The notes beneath the pieces are model-generated. The model saw only the letters and a list, made by a program, of their open reading frames with translations, was not told where the DNA came from and did not search any database. A stretch of DNA of 64,000 bases from assembly GCA_028871115.1 (NCBI GenBank), contig JAGWOD010000003.1, forward strand, positions 103 to 64,102, in the 5' to 3' direction. Both the position numbers and the translations under genes were made by a program. Below, piece by piece: positions 44,987 to 55,263 of the stretch; the first letter of the stretch is position 1, and every line of letters begins with the position of its first letter. The DNA comes from Patescibacteria group bacterium. GTDB lineage: Bacteria > Patescibacteriota > Minisyncoccia > Phycocordibacterales > SBAW01.

Positions 44987-46705
44987 ATGCAAAAATCGCC
45001 TTTTTTAAGAACTATATCTACCGGCGCAATTGTCTCCGGAGTATTGAGCATTTTGCTGTTTGTATTTGCTACCCTACCTTCAACTGCCTTTGCCCAGGCA
45101 ACTACAGCAGGAACTCAGACAACCAGCGGCCTCCAAAACTCTTCGACAGGTTCTCTCACCGGAGTAGTGGCGAGTCTTGGGGCATGTACTGTTCCTGTGC
45201 TTGCCCCACTTATCGGCGGATCATTTTCACTAGCGCTATTAGGGCAGACCGTGGGTGATACAGCCCTCCCTGTCCATGACTACGGCAATACACTCACCAA
45301 TGCCGGGACAACAATCTCAAGCAACTTAAATCTCAGTACAAGCCTCGCAAATCTTGTGCGTAGCCAGTTTCTCGACTGTGCTGCTCGCGCGCTTGCCCGA
45401 GCGGCGCTCCAGGATATTGCGGTCTCCACTATCAATTGGATAAATTCGGGCTTCAATGGAAGTCCTTCCTTCGTCCAGAATTACAATCAATTCTTCACTA
45501 ATGTTGCCGAAGATGCAGTCGGTAATTATCTGCAGAGCAGTAATCTCGCCTTTCTGTGTGATCCATTCCAAATTCAAGTCAAACTCGCGGTTGCGCAAGC
45601 GTATGCCATACAAGGCCCGCAACAATGTTCACTGAATAATTTCACCAATAGTATCCAGGGATTCATGACCGATTTCTCCCAAGGCGGGTGGCCAGCATTT
45701 ATCTCTTTCACCGATGTGCCGACTAACAATCCCTACGGCTCATTCATGTACGCAGAAGCTGGCCTCAACAGTGCGGTTGCCCAAGCACAGGGACAGAAAG
45801 TGCTCGATTTACAGTTAGGAAATGGTTTTCTTTCCGTTCAACAAAAGGAAAATTGTCATACAGTTAGCTCGACCACGCCGCCCCCCTCTTCACCAAACGA
45901 GTCGGTCGAGGAGGTGCCAGGTGGAGATGGACATTCTTTCCTTGTCTGTGATCTTGTAAATACGACTCCGGGCACTGCTATTTCTGATGCTCTCAATCAA
46001 ACGTTCAATATCAACACGGGATCGCTCATAGACGCAAAGTACTTCGATGAGATCATTAGCGCGCTGGTGTCTCAACTTATTCAAAACACCCTCTATAGCG
46101 GCCTCTCGAATCTTTCTTCAAGCGGCGGCTACGGATACAGCAGCACTTACGGTTCTGCGATCACGACAAGCGACAATAGCCTTGGCCAGGATGTGCTGAG
46201 CAATATAAATCCCTACGAAAGCTCCGCACAAAACCTTATTAGCATCGATGATCAGAACGTCTCTAATATCCAATCCTCACTCACACAAGCAGAGGGGCTC
46301 CAGCAGTGCTGGCTTAACAAAGCAAACCCGACAACAACCGGTACCTCAACCCCACTTACTACCGAACAAATGGCGCAGGCACAGGCAAACGCATCAAGTA
46401 CCCAGCCCCTTATTGACGATCTCAATCAAAAACTCTCCCTGTACGAAACTTCTGCTGGAACTGCGAGCACGAGTATTCAAGTACTTGAAGGGTACCGCAG
46501 CCAAGTTAACGGCACTACTGATCCTAATACCCTACAAACGATTCTCACTAACTTTGCGAATGGAGTTTCAAGCGGAGTCTTCATCGGAGATGCCGACGTG
46601 ACCAACGCTCAAGAGGATCAGGTCCAACTCAACTCAGAACTTTCAACCGATAATCAGACTATACAGAATGGTCTTACTCAATGCCATGCTTTCCCTTCTT
46701 CATAA
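44987..46705 (+). CDS. Secreted protein of unknown function in the T4SS-like locus
   Basis: Signal peptide ..STAFA, conserved-looking INWINSGFNGSPSFV / GGW / NNPYG blocks and a C-terminal coiled coil. Start moved to ATG 44987. Confidence 0.7.
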   Translation: MQKSPFLRTISTGAIVSGVLSILLFVFATLPSTAFAQATTAGTQTTSGLQNSSTGSLTGVVASLGACTVPVLAPLIGGSFSLALLGQTVGDTALPVHDYGNTLTNAGTTISSNLNLSTSLANLVRSQFLDCAARALARAALQDIAVSTINWINSGFNGSPSFVQNYNQFFTNVAEDAVGNYLQSSNLAFLCDPFQIQVKLAVAQAYAIQGPQQCSLNNFTNSIQGFMTDFSQGGWPAFISFTDVPTNNPYGSFMYAEAGLNSAVAQAQGQKVLDLQLGNGFLSVQQKENCHTVSSTTPPPSSPNESVEEVPGGDGHSFLVCDLVNTTPGTAISDALNQTFNINTGSLIDAKYFDEIISALVSQLIQNTLYSGLSNLSSSGGYGYSSTYGSAITTSDNSLGQDVLSNINPYESSAQNLISIDDQNVSNIQSSLTQAEGLQQCWLNKANPTTTGTSTPLTTEQMAQAQANASSTQPLIDDLNQKLSLYETSAGTASTSIQVLEGYRSQVNGTTDPNTLQTILTNFANGVSSGVFIGDADVTNAQEDQVQLNSELSTDNQTIQNGLTQCHAFPSS

Positions 46706-48905
46706 ACAATTCGGCGTACTCGCAGGGTTGAGTATTGCTATCTTTGCCATATTCTTCGTCATAGCAGGGGCCTCAACCGCTCATGCTCAAGATGCTTCAC
46801 AGAGCATTGTTGGAGTTAACAATCCTGCTAACGCAGGTATAACTTCAAGTAGCTTCAATTTCACACAAAGCCCATATACTCAAACTCCAAGTAGTCTATC
46901 CCCAACGCTTAACACTAGTCAGGCTAACACTCAAGCAGGCCAACAGATCCTCAATAATTTAGGCCTCAGTCCCCAGGGCACAACTGGAAACACACAAACT
47001 ACTTCCACCTCCGATGATCTTGGCTGTTTCAACGGACAGTTTGATCTATGTCTTTCAGGTATTGTTTATTTCGTCGCGGTAGCAATACCCTCTTTTTTTG
47101 CATATGAAGCTGCGACATTTCTTGGAATTGCAGTTCAGGTGTCACTCAATAGTTCTACATATTCTATCGGTTTCATAGGCTCGGCGTGGACAGTGGTGCG
47201 CGACGTAGCCAACATGGCATTTCTTTTCATCCTTATATACATCGCGCTGGTAATCATGCTTGAGGCTGATACACATAACACGTCTCAGACATTGGTGCTC
47301 GTTATCATTATGGCTCTTATCATTAACTTCAGTTTTTTCATTACACGGCTCGTCATTGACGCCGGCAATATCTTAGCGGTCGAAGTTTATAACGCTATAC
47401 CGACGACCCAGTCGGTGCCGGGCGGAGGAAAAGACCTGACCGAAGATATCATGAGGGCGATTGGTGTACAGAACCTCTTCAGTACTTCAGCGTTCCAACA
47501 GTGGAACTCGAGCAATGGCAACTCGTTCTCTTTCTATCGCCTCATCACACTCTCGTGTTTGTATATCGCGACTGGAATTATCGTCGTTATACTTGGATTT
47601 GCATTCTTTATTGCAGCTGTGAATTTCTTAGGTCGTGTTGTTGTGTTATGGTTTGTCATAATATTTTCGCCGTTGGCGTTTGTCGCACGTGCTATCGAAC
47701 CGGTAGCTCAAGGGGCAGGGGAGGGGTTTAGACAATGGTTAGGGGCTCTTATACGTAACGCGCTCTATCCGGCGGTCTTTCTTTTCGTATTTCTGTTTCT
47801 CGATATATTCATGAAAGGCCTCGCTCTTGGTACAAATGGTAATTCGGTTGCAGCCGATATATTTCAAAATCTAAACGTTCAGAATCTTCAGAACCCAAAC
47901 AGCAATTATATAATGACACTTGTAACTCAGCTCGCGATGATGGGCATCGAGCTTGGTTTTGTGGTCATTATGGTCAAAATCGCACTCTCTGCTGCGGACA
48001 GAGTAGGACTTGAAAGTGCAGCGTTTGCACACAAGGCTGCGGAGCGGTTTCGGGGGGCCTACTTCGGTACCTACGCGAGACAGACCGCAGGACGGGCGGC
48101 GTTCTATGCTGATCGTGCAATAACAGATACGAGATTGGGTAATACACGTATGGGACAACGGGTACGTGCTCTGACAACTCAAAAATTTGCCAGCAAAGAA
48201 TTTGCAGCAGTAGGAAAAAAAGGAAAATCTTTTGAACAATATCATGAAGAAGAGCGGCATCTTAAAGAGGAGCGCGTTGCTGATGGCCGCCTCAACAAAA
48301 ATCTTCAACTACTTCAAAAAGCGGCTTCAGGAGAAGTACTTTCCACAAAAGAAAAAAGTGATCTACGCGATATGAGCATGCGCGAACTTGAGGGCGTAGA
48401 AAAACGCAGCGGAGGACATGCGCTTCTTGAGAAAGCGTCTCATCTTCTCTCGAAGAATCAAATAGAGGCTCTCAATAAAAATGATAAGTTTGACGATGCA
48501 TTCAAAGAACACATCCGACATTCCTGGAATGAAAACTCGGAAGACGCACCACTTGTGAAGGCTCAAAAAATACTCGCAGACGAATTGCGTGATGTTAATG
48601 CTAGTTTGAGGACGCTAAATGTCGCGACTCTCAACCCTAATAGCCAGCAGTACGCAGTAGGTACTGGTGCTGCCATTAACAAAGCAACTATGAAAGTAGT
48701 ATCGGATGAGGTCACCGGAGCCATATCTGCCCTACGCAGTAATATAAGGAGCGCTCCTCGAGGCACCCCGACTGTGGACATGCAGAGAGATCTGGAAATA
48801 CTTAACAATGTGCGCGACAGTATAAAACGGCATAATGACGAAATGAAGGAGATTCCGCCAGAAATTGGTGGGAGCCAAAATAGAGGCGAGTATGTAGCTT
48901 CATAA
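46668..48905 (+). CDS. VirB6/TrbL-like polytopic membrane protein
   Basis: WTVVRDVAN, ALIINFSFFITRLVID and RVVVLWFVIIFSPLAFV hydrophobic blocks, with a charged C-terminal tail, in the VirB4 neighbourhood. Confidence 0.7.
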   Translation: MVLLNAMLSLLHKQFGVLAGLSIAIFAIFFVIAGASTAHAQDASQSIVGVNNPANAGITSSSFNFTQSPYTQTPSSLSPTLNTSQANTQAGQQILNNLGLSPQGTTGNTQTTSTSDDLGCFNGQFDLCLSGIVYFVAVAIPSFFAYEAATFLGIAVQVSLNSSTYSIGFIGSAWTVVRDVANMAFLFILIYIALVIMLEADTHNTSQTLVLVIIMALIINFSFFITRLVIDAGNILAVEVYNAIPTTQSVPGGGKDLTEDIMRAIGVQNLFSTSAFQQWNSSNGNSFSFYRLITLSCLYIATGIIVVILGFAFFIAAVNFLGRVVVLWFVIIFSPLAFVARAIEPVAQGAGEGFRQWLGALIRNALYPAVFLFVFLFLDIFMKGLALGTNGNSVAADIFQNLNVQNLQNPNSNYIMTLVTQLAMMGIELGFVVIMVKIALSAADRVGLESAAFAHKAAERFRGAYFGTYARQTAGRAAFYADRAITDTRLGNTRMGQRVRALTTQKFASKEFAAVGKKGKSFEQYHEEERHLKEERVADGRLNKNLQLLQKAASGEVLSTKEKSDLRDMSMRELEGVEKRSGGHALLEKASHLLSKNQIEALNKNDKFDDAFKEHIRHSWNENSEDAPLVKAQKILADELRDVNASLRTLNVATLNPNSQQYAVGTGAAINKATMKVVSDEVTGAISALRSNIRSAPRGTPTVDMQRDLEILNNVRDSIKRHNDEMKEIPPEIGGSQNRGEYVAS

Positions 48906-48932
48906 CTCTAGAAATTATCTGAAGAACATTTT

Positions 48933-49649
48933 ATGGAAACTGCTCGAACACCCGAAGAGATAGCAAAAAAATTCGACGCCTTACCAGCGGAAATTAAATC
49001 TCTCATATACAGTGCTGAGATGCTGAATACTGTCGAAAGAATAGGGGAGAAGTACAAGCTTCATGTAGATCAGCTTGGTCTTTTGGAATCACAAACCGCT
49101 GATGTAATGATTGGGTTCTCAAAACCTGAAAATTTTGTAAGTAATTTGTCGAGATCAGTTCAAATAGAAGTGGGGGTGGCGACTGCAATAGCTGCTGAGA
49201 TAAACGATCAGTTATTCTTAAAAATACGCGAATCTCTGAAAACAAAAGGGGTAAGTGAGGTTGTTCAAGAACCCCTTCATAATCCTCCTGCTACCTCAAT
49301 AATTCCCCCGGTATCTCAAAAGGCCGCGAGTACAGGGGTGCCGAGTCAACAAAAACCTATTTTTTCTTTGCCAGAGACTTCCATTACTGCTTCTGTAAGT
49401 AATAGCTCAACTCCCTTTTTAAAGCCCTTGCCTGATACTCCCGTTACACTTGAAGCAACGAAAGAAACTCCTCCTCTCACAAAACCAAGAAACCCAGAGA
49501 CCCCCAATCTACATCCAGTAGAAAAAGCTCTTTCACAGAGAAGTTCTGAGAAGACAGAGATCATTGATAGTACAACTCCTGCAGCAAAGGAAGGAGGATC
49601 TGAGCCCAAAAAATACGCTTTGGATCCATATCGAGAACCAATAGAATAA
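48933..49649 (+). CDS. Conserved hypothetical protein (helical N-terminus, Pro-rich linker, C-terminal DPYREPIE)
   Basis: ORF within the co-oriented locus with a low-complexity P/S/T/E middle. Confidence 0.7.
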   Translation: METARTPEEIAKKFDALPAEIKSLIYSAEMLNTVERIGEKYKLHVDQLGLLESQTADVMIGFSKPENFVSNLSRSVQIEVGVATAIAAEINDQLFLKIRESLKTKGVSEVVQEPLHNPPATSIIPPVSQKAASTGVPSQQKPIFSLPETSITASVSNSSTPFLKPLPDTPVTLEATKETPPLTKPRNPETPNLHPVEKALSQRSSEKTEIIDSTTPAAKEGGSEPKKYALDPYREPIE

Positions 49650-49671
49650 GCGGCACGGTATACTAGAAGGA

Positions 49672-50109
49672 ATGCAGTACCAGGTTCCGCAATTTATTGA
49701 GGTTGAAGATAAAATCTTTGGGCCTCTAACATTCAAACAATTTGCATATCTCGCAGGTGCGGGAGGAGCATGCCTTATTTTCTTCACGTTCTTGCCGTGG
49801 TGGCTTGCACTCTGGCCATCGCTTCCGTTTGTAGCGCTTGGCATCGCACTCTCATTCTACAAAGTGAACGGTCGACCATTCATCAATGCTCTTGAGCATG
49901 CAATAGGTTATTTTTTTGGCAATAAACTGTATCTCTGGAAACAACGGGAGGTAAAGCCCACAGCCGAGGCAGTCGTACCTTCATCAATCTCCTCAACACT
50001 TCCAAAGATTTCAGAGAGTAAACTTAAAGATTTGGCGTGGTCACTCAACATTAAGGATCGCTCGAAACTTGGAATTACCACTGCCCAACGGACTGGGTTT
50101 GAAATATAG
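49672..50109 (+). CDS. PrgI-family (VirB3-like) membrane protein
   Basis: MQYQVPQFIEVEDKIFGPLTFKQF followed by 2 TM and NGRPF. Confidence 0.85.
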   Translation: MQYQVPQFIEVEDKIFGPLTFKQFAYLAGAGGACLIFFTFLPWWLALWPSLPFVALGIALSFYKVNGRPFINALEHAIGYFFGNKLYLWKQREVKPTAEAVVPSSISSTLPKISESKLKDLAWSLNIKDRSKLGITTAQRTGFEI

Positions 50110-50111
50110 GT

Positions 50112-50768
50112 ATGGCTGATCAAAAAGTAAGCGCAAAAGCGACGCAGGAGTTCGTTCCTATAAAAGAGGTGCGAGAGGGAGTAGTGGTCCTCAAAGATGG
50201 GAGTCTTCGAACAATCCTAATGGCTTCTTCAATCAATCTCGCACTGAAAAGCCAGGAAGAACAAGAAGCGGTCATCGCCCAATTCCAGAATTTTCTCAAC
50301 TCTGTTGAATTCACCGTTCAATTTTTTATAGAAAGTCGAGACCTCGACATCAGGCCCTATATTGCGCTTTTGGAAGAACGCCTTGCTGAAGAGGTTGATG
50401 ATCTTATGAAACTACAGATCAGGGAATATATTACCTTCATCCGCGACTTTGTTGAGCGGGCGAACATCATGAGCAAGAATTTCTTTATTGTAGTGCCTTA
50501 CGATCCTGCGCTCATTGAGCGAGGAGGGAGATCTGGCCCGCTTACAGCGCTTGGCCTTGGGGGAAATTCTGGGAAATCAAGTACCCTTACCGACGAGCAG
50601 TTTGAACAGTATCGCTCCCAGCTTGAACAGCGTGTTGGCATCGTTGAACAGGGTCTTATCCGTACGGGCGTACGCGTGGTACCTCTTGGAACTGAGGAAT
50701 TGATCGAGCTGTTCTACAAGCTTTTCAACCCGGGTGAACTTGAAAAGCCTGTTGCGCTAACAAAATAG
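50112..50768 (+). CDS. VirB4 N-terminal-like / TraC-associated protein
   Basis: INLALKSQEEQEAVIAQFQNFLNS...FFIVVPY, located between PrgI and the ATPase. Confidence 0.7.
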   Translation: MADQKVSAKATQEFVPIKEVREGVVVLKDGSLRTILMASSINLALKSQEEQEAVIAQFQNFLNSVEFTVQFFIESRDLDIRPYIALLEERLAEEVDDLMKLQIREYITFIRDFVERANIMSKNFFIVVPYDPALIERGGRSGPLTALGLGGNSGKSSTLTDEQFEQYRSQLEQRVGIVEQGLIRTGVRVVPLGTEELIELFYKLFNPGELEKPVALTK

Positions 50769-50802
50769 TCGAGCATCGCAGAGGCGATGGTACAATCTAC
50801 AC

Positions 50803-52644
50803 ATGGCTCTTTTTGATGTGTTCAAAAAGAAGGCTCCTGCCGCTTCTGTCCCTATTTCTCCCGTCCTCCCCGAGCAGATCTATAAGCAGGGGGTACTTGA
50901 ACTGCAAGATGTCATTGCTCCTTCGGCACTTAAAGTAACGCCGCGCGAGATAAATCTTGGGGACAAGATCGCAAGAACCTTTTTCGTCATGTCCTATCCA
51001 CGGATGCTTACCGATTCTTGGTTTGCTCCTATCATCAATCTCGACCGGGTACTCGATATTTCCATCTTTGTGCACCCCATCGATAGTGCGGACATACTGA
51101 AAAAATTCCAAAAGAAGGTCGCCGAGGTCCAAAGCCAGATTGAGACACGTGAAAAGCGGGGGCTCGTGCGCGATCCCATTCTCGATACTGCGTATCGAGA
51201 CCTTGAAGATTTGCGCGATCAACTTCAACAAGCACAGGAGCGTATTTTCGACGTCGGGGTCTATATCACGATTTATGGAGCTACCGTGGAAGAACTCGAC
51301 AAAGCGGAGAGCGAAATAAAATCGATGCTTGAATCACGCCTCGTGTATGTAAAGCCCGCCCTCTTCCAACAAGAGCAGGGGTTCCGTTCGGTGCTACCGC
51401 TTGGGCATGATGAACTTGGGGTAGATTCAAAACTCAACTCCTCACCACTTTCTTCAATGTTTCCTTTCGTGTCGTTTGACCTCACCTCCGATAAAGGAAT
51501 TCTTTACGGAGTTAATCGTCATAATGCCTCGCTCGTTCTCTTCGATCGTTTTTCCCTTGAAAACTACAATTCGGTGATATTTGCAAAATCAGGATCCGGA
51601 AAATCGTATGCAACAAAACTTGAGATCTTGCGTACACTTATGTTCGATACGGAAGTTATTGTTATCGATCCTGAGCGTGAATATGAATTTCTTGCACAAG
51701 CAGTGGGTGGCCGTTACTTTAGTGTTTCACTTACTTCGGAGCATCACATCAATCCCTTCGATCTCCCGATCCCGCGGGAGGATGAAGCGCCCGCTGATGT
51801 GTTGCGCAGCAACATAGTTGCACTGGTAGGTCTTTTCCGCATCATGCTTGGGGGCCTTACTCCTGAAGAAGATTCGATCGTTGATCAGGCAATAACTGAG
51901 ACGTATGCGCTCAAAGATATTAGTACTGAGAGTGATTTTTCGCAGGTAGAACCGCCACTTTTATCTGATTTTGAACAAGTGCTTGCCGGTATGGAGGGGA
52001 GTGAATCGCTCGTGCAGCGTCTTTCTAAGTACACCAAGGGGACATGGGCAGGGTTCATCAATCAACCAACCAATGTTGATATTAACAAGCGCTTTGTCGT
52101 TTTCTCGGTGCGCGATATGGAGGACGAACTTAAACCGGTAGCAATGTACCTGGTAACGCACTATATCTGGAATGCCATTCGAAAAAATCTTAAGAAGCGC
52201 CTCCTCGTCATCGACGAGGCGTGGTGGATGATGAAATCAGAAGATACTGCAAGTTTCCTCTACGGACTTGCAAAACGCGGGCGCAAATATTATCTCGGTC
52301 TTGCAACCATTACTCAAGATGTTGATGACTTCCTCAAATCACCGTATGGACTGCCGATGATCACCAATTCATCGCTCCAGCTTCTACTCAAGCAGTCACC
52401 CTCCTCAATCGATAGTCTTCAAAAGACTTTTAATCTCTCCGACGAGGAAAAGTATCTGCTTCTCGAGAGCGATGTGGGGGAAGGAATTTTCTTCGCAGGC
52501 CTCAAGCATGTCGCGATAAAAATAATTGCCTCTTACACCGAGGACCAGATCATTACCTCCGATCCTTCACAAGTACTTGCGCTGCGTCGTGGACGACAAG
52601 AAGTATCGCAAGCCCCCGCAGCACCCGCACCTCAGCATCTATGA
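50803..52644 (+). CDS. virB4: VirB4-family T4SS ATPase
   Basis: Walker A AKSGSGKS, VIDPEREY, INPFD, Walker B LLVIDEAW and KRGRKY...ITQD motifs. Confidence 0.9.
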   Translation: MALFDVFKKKAPAASVPISPVLPEQIYKQGVLELQDVIAPSALKVTPREINLGDKIARTFFVMSYPRMLTDSWFAPIINLDRVLDISIFVHPIDSADILKKFQKKVAEVQSQIETREKRGLVRDPILDTAYRDLEDLRDQLQQAQERIFDVGVYITIYGATVEELDKAESEIKSMLESRLVYVKPALFQQEQGFRSVLPLGHDELGVDSKLNSSPLSSMFPFVSFDLTSDKGILYGVNRHNASLVLFDRFSLENYNSVIFAKSGSGKSYATKLEILRTLMFDTEVIVIDPEREYEFLAQAVGGRYFSVSLTSEHHINPFDLPIPREDEAPADVLRSNIVALVGLFRIMLGGLTPEEDSIVDQAITETYALKDISTESDFSQVEPPLLSDFEQVLAGMEGSESLVQRLSKYTKGTWAGFINQPTNVDINKRFVVFSVRDMEDELKPVAMYLVTHYIWNAIRKNLKKRLLVIDEAWWMMKSEDTASFLYGLAKRGRKYYLGLATITQDVDDFLKSPYGLPMITNSSLQLLLKQSPSSIDSLQKTFNLSDEEKYLLLESDVGEGIFFAGLKHVAIKIIASYTEDQIITSDPSQVLALRRGRQEVSQAPAAPAPQHL

Positions 52645-53345
52645 AATACATTGTGATCGTTTTGGTTGCACTTTCCATAGATGCCTTTCAGGCGCTTGTT
52701 GCGCTTGGACTTGCTGCAGCATTCGCGGTTTTCTCAGGAACAATTGGTGGAGCGGCGGCAGGGTGTGTGGTAGGAAGCACCGTAGGACTCTGCAAAGTTC
52801 TTGGCGCGGTCGGAGGAGTGGCGGGCTCATTTTTCAACCCAGTAGCTGCACCCTATGGGATGCAGGTTGGCGCAGTGATTGGCGCTGTCCTCGATTTTTG
52901 CATTAGTGCTGTATTTGGAACAGGGTTTATAGCTCTTCTCGTCTTTACAAGACTCCTAAAACTCGGGGATCTTCTCTCATTGCGTTTTACACCACCAATA
53001 CTCGTCAAACTACTTCCATTCATTGATATACTTCCGTTCTATACCTTTCTTGCCGTATCTTGCATATTGAAGAAAAATCAAGAGGAAGGAGGAATAGCTG
53101 GCAAAGCCCTCGCGCTTGCTGCAAGCGGTGGAATGAATATAACTGCTATTGGAGATACGGTGCGGCAAATTTCTCCCGAGATAGCGGGTAGTATGGGTAA
53201 CACCGGGCGCGGTAGTACTCCTACACCTGCGGGAGAGCCTGCAAAACAAAAAAGTAGTGCGTCTCCTCCACTCGTCGATGGAATCCGCGCAGGTTCTTCT
53301 CCCAAAGAATCATACCCAGAAGGGTTGTCTCCTTCATATGCGTAA
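52641..53345 (+). CDS. Gly/Ala-rich polytopic membrane protein
   Basis: Several TM segments with Gly-zipper-like patterns. Coupled to virB4 by an ATGA overlap. Confidence 0.7.
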   Translation: MKYIVIVLVALSIDAFQALVALGLAAAFAVFSGTIGGAAAGCVVGSTVGLCKVLGAVGGVAGSFFNPVAAPYGMQVGAVIGAVLDFCISAVFGTGFIALLVFTRLLKLGDLLSLRFTPPILVKLLPFIDILPFYTFLAVSCILKKNQEEGGIAGKALALAASGGMNITAIGDTVRQISPEIAGSMGNTGRGSTPTPAGEPAKQKSSASPPLVDGIRAGSSPKESYPEGLSPSYA

Positions 53346-54372
53346 TTTTTTTCTGCGTATCATAGGAATTGCTGCGCTTGTAGGGCTTCTTGGTCCTGTC
53401 GTCGCCCTAGCCCAGTCATTCCAGGCGACCCCGCAGCCCGTCCAATATCTTGTGGCACCTCAATCTCCGGGACCATACTCTCTTGTGTATATCGAGGTCG
53501 ATGGCGTTGGAGATTTCCTCGGAAATTCAACTATCACCTGGCAAGTGAATGGCAAGACGGCCCTTTCAGGCACTGGTGCGCGCCAATTCAGTTTTACGAC
53601 AGGGCCTCTCGGCATACCAATGTCAGTAACCGTGAATATAGATTCAAATGCATACGGTTTAATTACACACACATTTACCTTTGATCCTTCAACGGTGAAC
53701 TTGGTATGGGAAGCGTATACAACAGTCCCTCCTTTCTACAATGGAAAGGCTCTTGCAAGTGCGGGTTCCCAAATCAGTGTGGTTGCGTTTCCACAGGTCT
53801 TAATTGATGGAAAATCTCAATCACTAAATAACCTATCCTTTCAATGGAGCCTTAATGGTACTGCGGACCCGACACAATCCGGGCTTGGAGATGACGTTTA
53901 TACATTCAATACTAACCAACTTCATACCAGTGAGGATGTTTCGGTTGATGTAGATTCCGGCAACACTACGGTAGGACATGCTGATATCACAATACCCGAG
54001 AGCACACCCCAACTTATTTTCTATGTAGATGATCCGCTGCGCGGAATCCTCTATAACCAGGCGCTTGTATCCTCCTATTCAATGCCGAGTCAAGAAGAAA
54101 CGATTCGAGCTGAGCCGTACTTTTTTTCAACAGACAGTGCACTCAACGGATCACTGCAGTATGCATGGGTCCTCAATGGCAACACTACCACTGGCCCCAA
54201 CACACAAAATGGAGAATTGACGCTCCGACAGACCGGAAATGGGGAGGGGAGTGCAGTGCTTTCCGTCTCACTTCAGAACTCCAATACCAATCAGCTCCTT
54301 CAGGCGGCTACAGCCTCACTCACTATTCTCTTCGGGGGGGCGAGTGCATCGGGATCATTCTTCGGTCTATGA
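53338..54372 (+). CDS. Secreted protein with three Ig-like repeats
   Basis: Signal peptide ..VALA. Three repeats of TWQVNG / QWSLNG / AWVLNG. Start moved to 53338. Confidence 0.72.
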   Translation: MRNFFLRIIGIAALVGLLGPVVALAQSFQATPQPVQYLVAPQSPGPYSLVYIEVDGVGDFLGNSTITWQVNGKTALSGTGARQFSFTTGPLGIPMSVTVNIDSNAYGLITHTFTFDPSTVNLVWEAYTTVPPFYNGKALASAGSQISVVAFPQVLIDGKSQSLNNLSFQWSLNGTADPTQSGLGDDVYTFNTNQLHTSEDVSVDVDSGNTTVGHADITIPESTPQLIFYVDDPLRGILYNQALVSSYSMPSQEETIRAEPYFFSTDSALNGSLQYAWVLNGNTTTGPNTQNGELTLRQTGNGEGSAVLSVSLQNSNTNQLLQAATASLTILFGGASASGSFFGL

Positions 54373-55247
54373 AAATAAAAATGTGGATATATGCCATAAC
54401 AATACTTTCTGTTTTTGTGTTTTCCGTCTGTTCGATACCCTCCACCACATACGCGGCGCAGGCATCAAACCCCCTGCAGAACGGATGCACGTATACTGCA
54501 GACTCCTTAGGTGGAGGTGTATGGGTGTGTCCGGATAGATCAACACAAACCATAGCCCCGTCAGGACAGCCTCAGTCTGGTCCTACGTCTCCAACACAAA
54601 CAGGCAACGGGGCTTTTTCATCTCCGTGCGTGAATAATTGCAATATTCAATATAATCCACTCGAACCTCTCTCTTCGCCACTCGGTGGACAGATTAATTA
54701 TTCAGATTTCGCTTCATATCTGAAATATATTTTCCCAATTCTTATCTCCCTTGGAGCACTTGTTGGTGTCGTATCGCTAACGGTGGGAGGGGTCTTGTAT
54801 ATGACTTCATCGGTTCCCGGGGTAAAAAGCGAAGCGTTGGGACGTGCACAAGCTTCGATTTGGGGGTTACTATTGCTTATTGCCTCAGTACTTATTCTCC
54901 AAACAATAAATCCGAACCTTATCAGTTTCAATCTTAGCGATTTGAATACGCTCACACAGCAGGCCGGTTCTTCCTCAGGATCCGCCAGCACCCAACAAAC
55001 AAATACAAATTCCACATGCACGGTGGGCCAGACCGGGTGTTCCTCACTGCCATCATCCAATGGAGGATCTGCGACAGAATTACATATCACTGTAACCATT
55101 CCTCAAACGGAAACTCTTGACTCGCAAAATCCTGACACTGCAACTGTGGCTAAGCAATACGCCCAAGATTGCCAGCAAGAAGGCAAAACCTTTAGCAGCG
55201 AAGCTGCTTCCGACGGAAGTTTCAATTTTATTCTGCATTGTAACTAA
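54369..55247 (+). CDS. TrbC/VirB2-like pilin-domain protein with Cys-containing extensions
   Basis: Signal peptide, then a two-helix pilin core ..GGVLYMTS...KSEALGRAQASIWGLLLLIASVLILQTINPNL. Start moved to 54369. Confidence 0.72.
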   Translation: MKIKMWIYAITILSVFVFSVCSIPSTTYAAQASNPLQNGCTYTADSLGGGVWVCPDRSTQTIAPSGQPQSGPTSPTQTGNGAFSSPCVNNCNIQYNPLEPLSSPLGGQINYSDFASYLKYIFPILISLGALVGVVSLTVGGVLYMTSSVPGVKSEALGRAQASIWGLLLLIASVLILQTINPNLISFNLSDLNTLTQQAGSSSGSASTQQTNTNSTCTVGQTGCSSLPSSNGGSATELHITVTIPQTETLDSQNPDTATVAKQYAQDCQQEGKTFSSEAASDGSFNFILHCN

Positions 55248-55263
55248 CCTGCGCTAACTTGAT

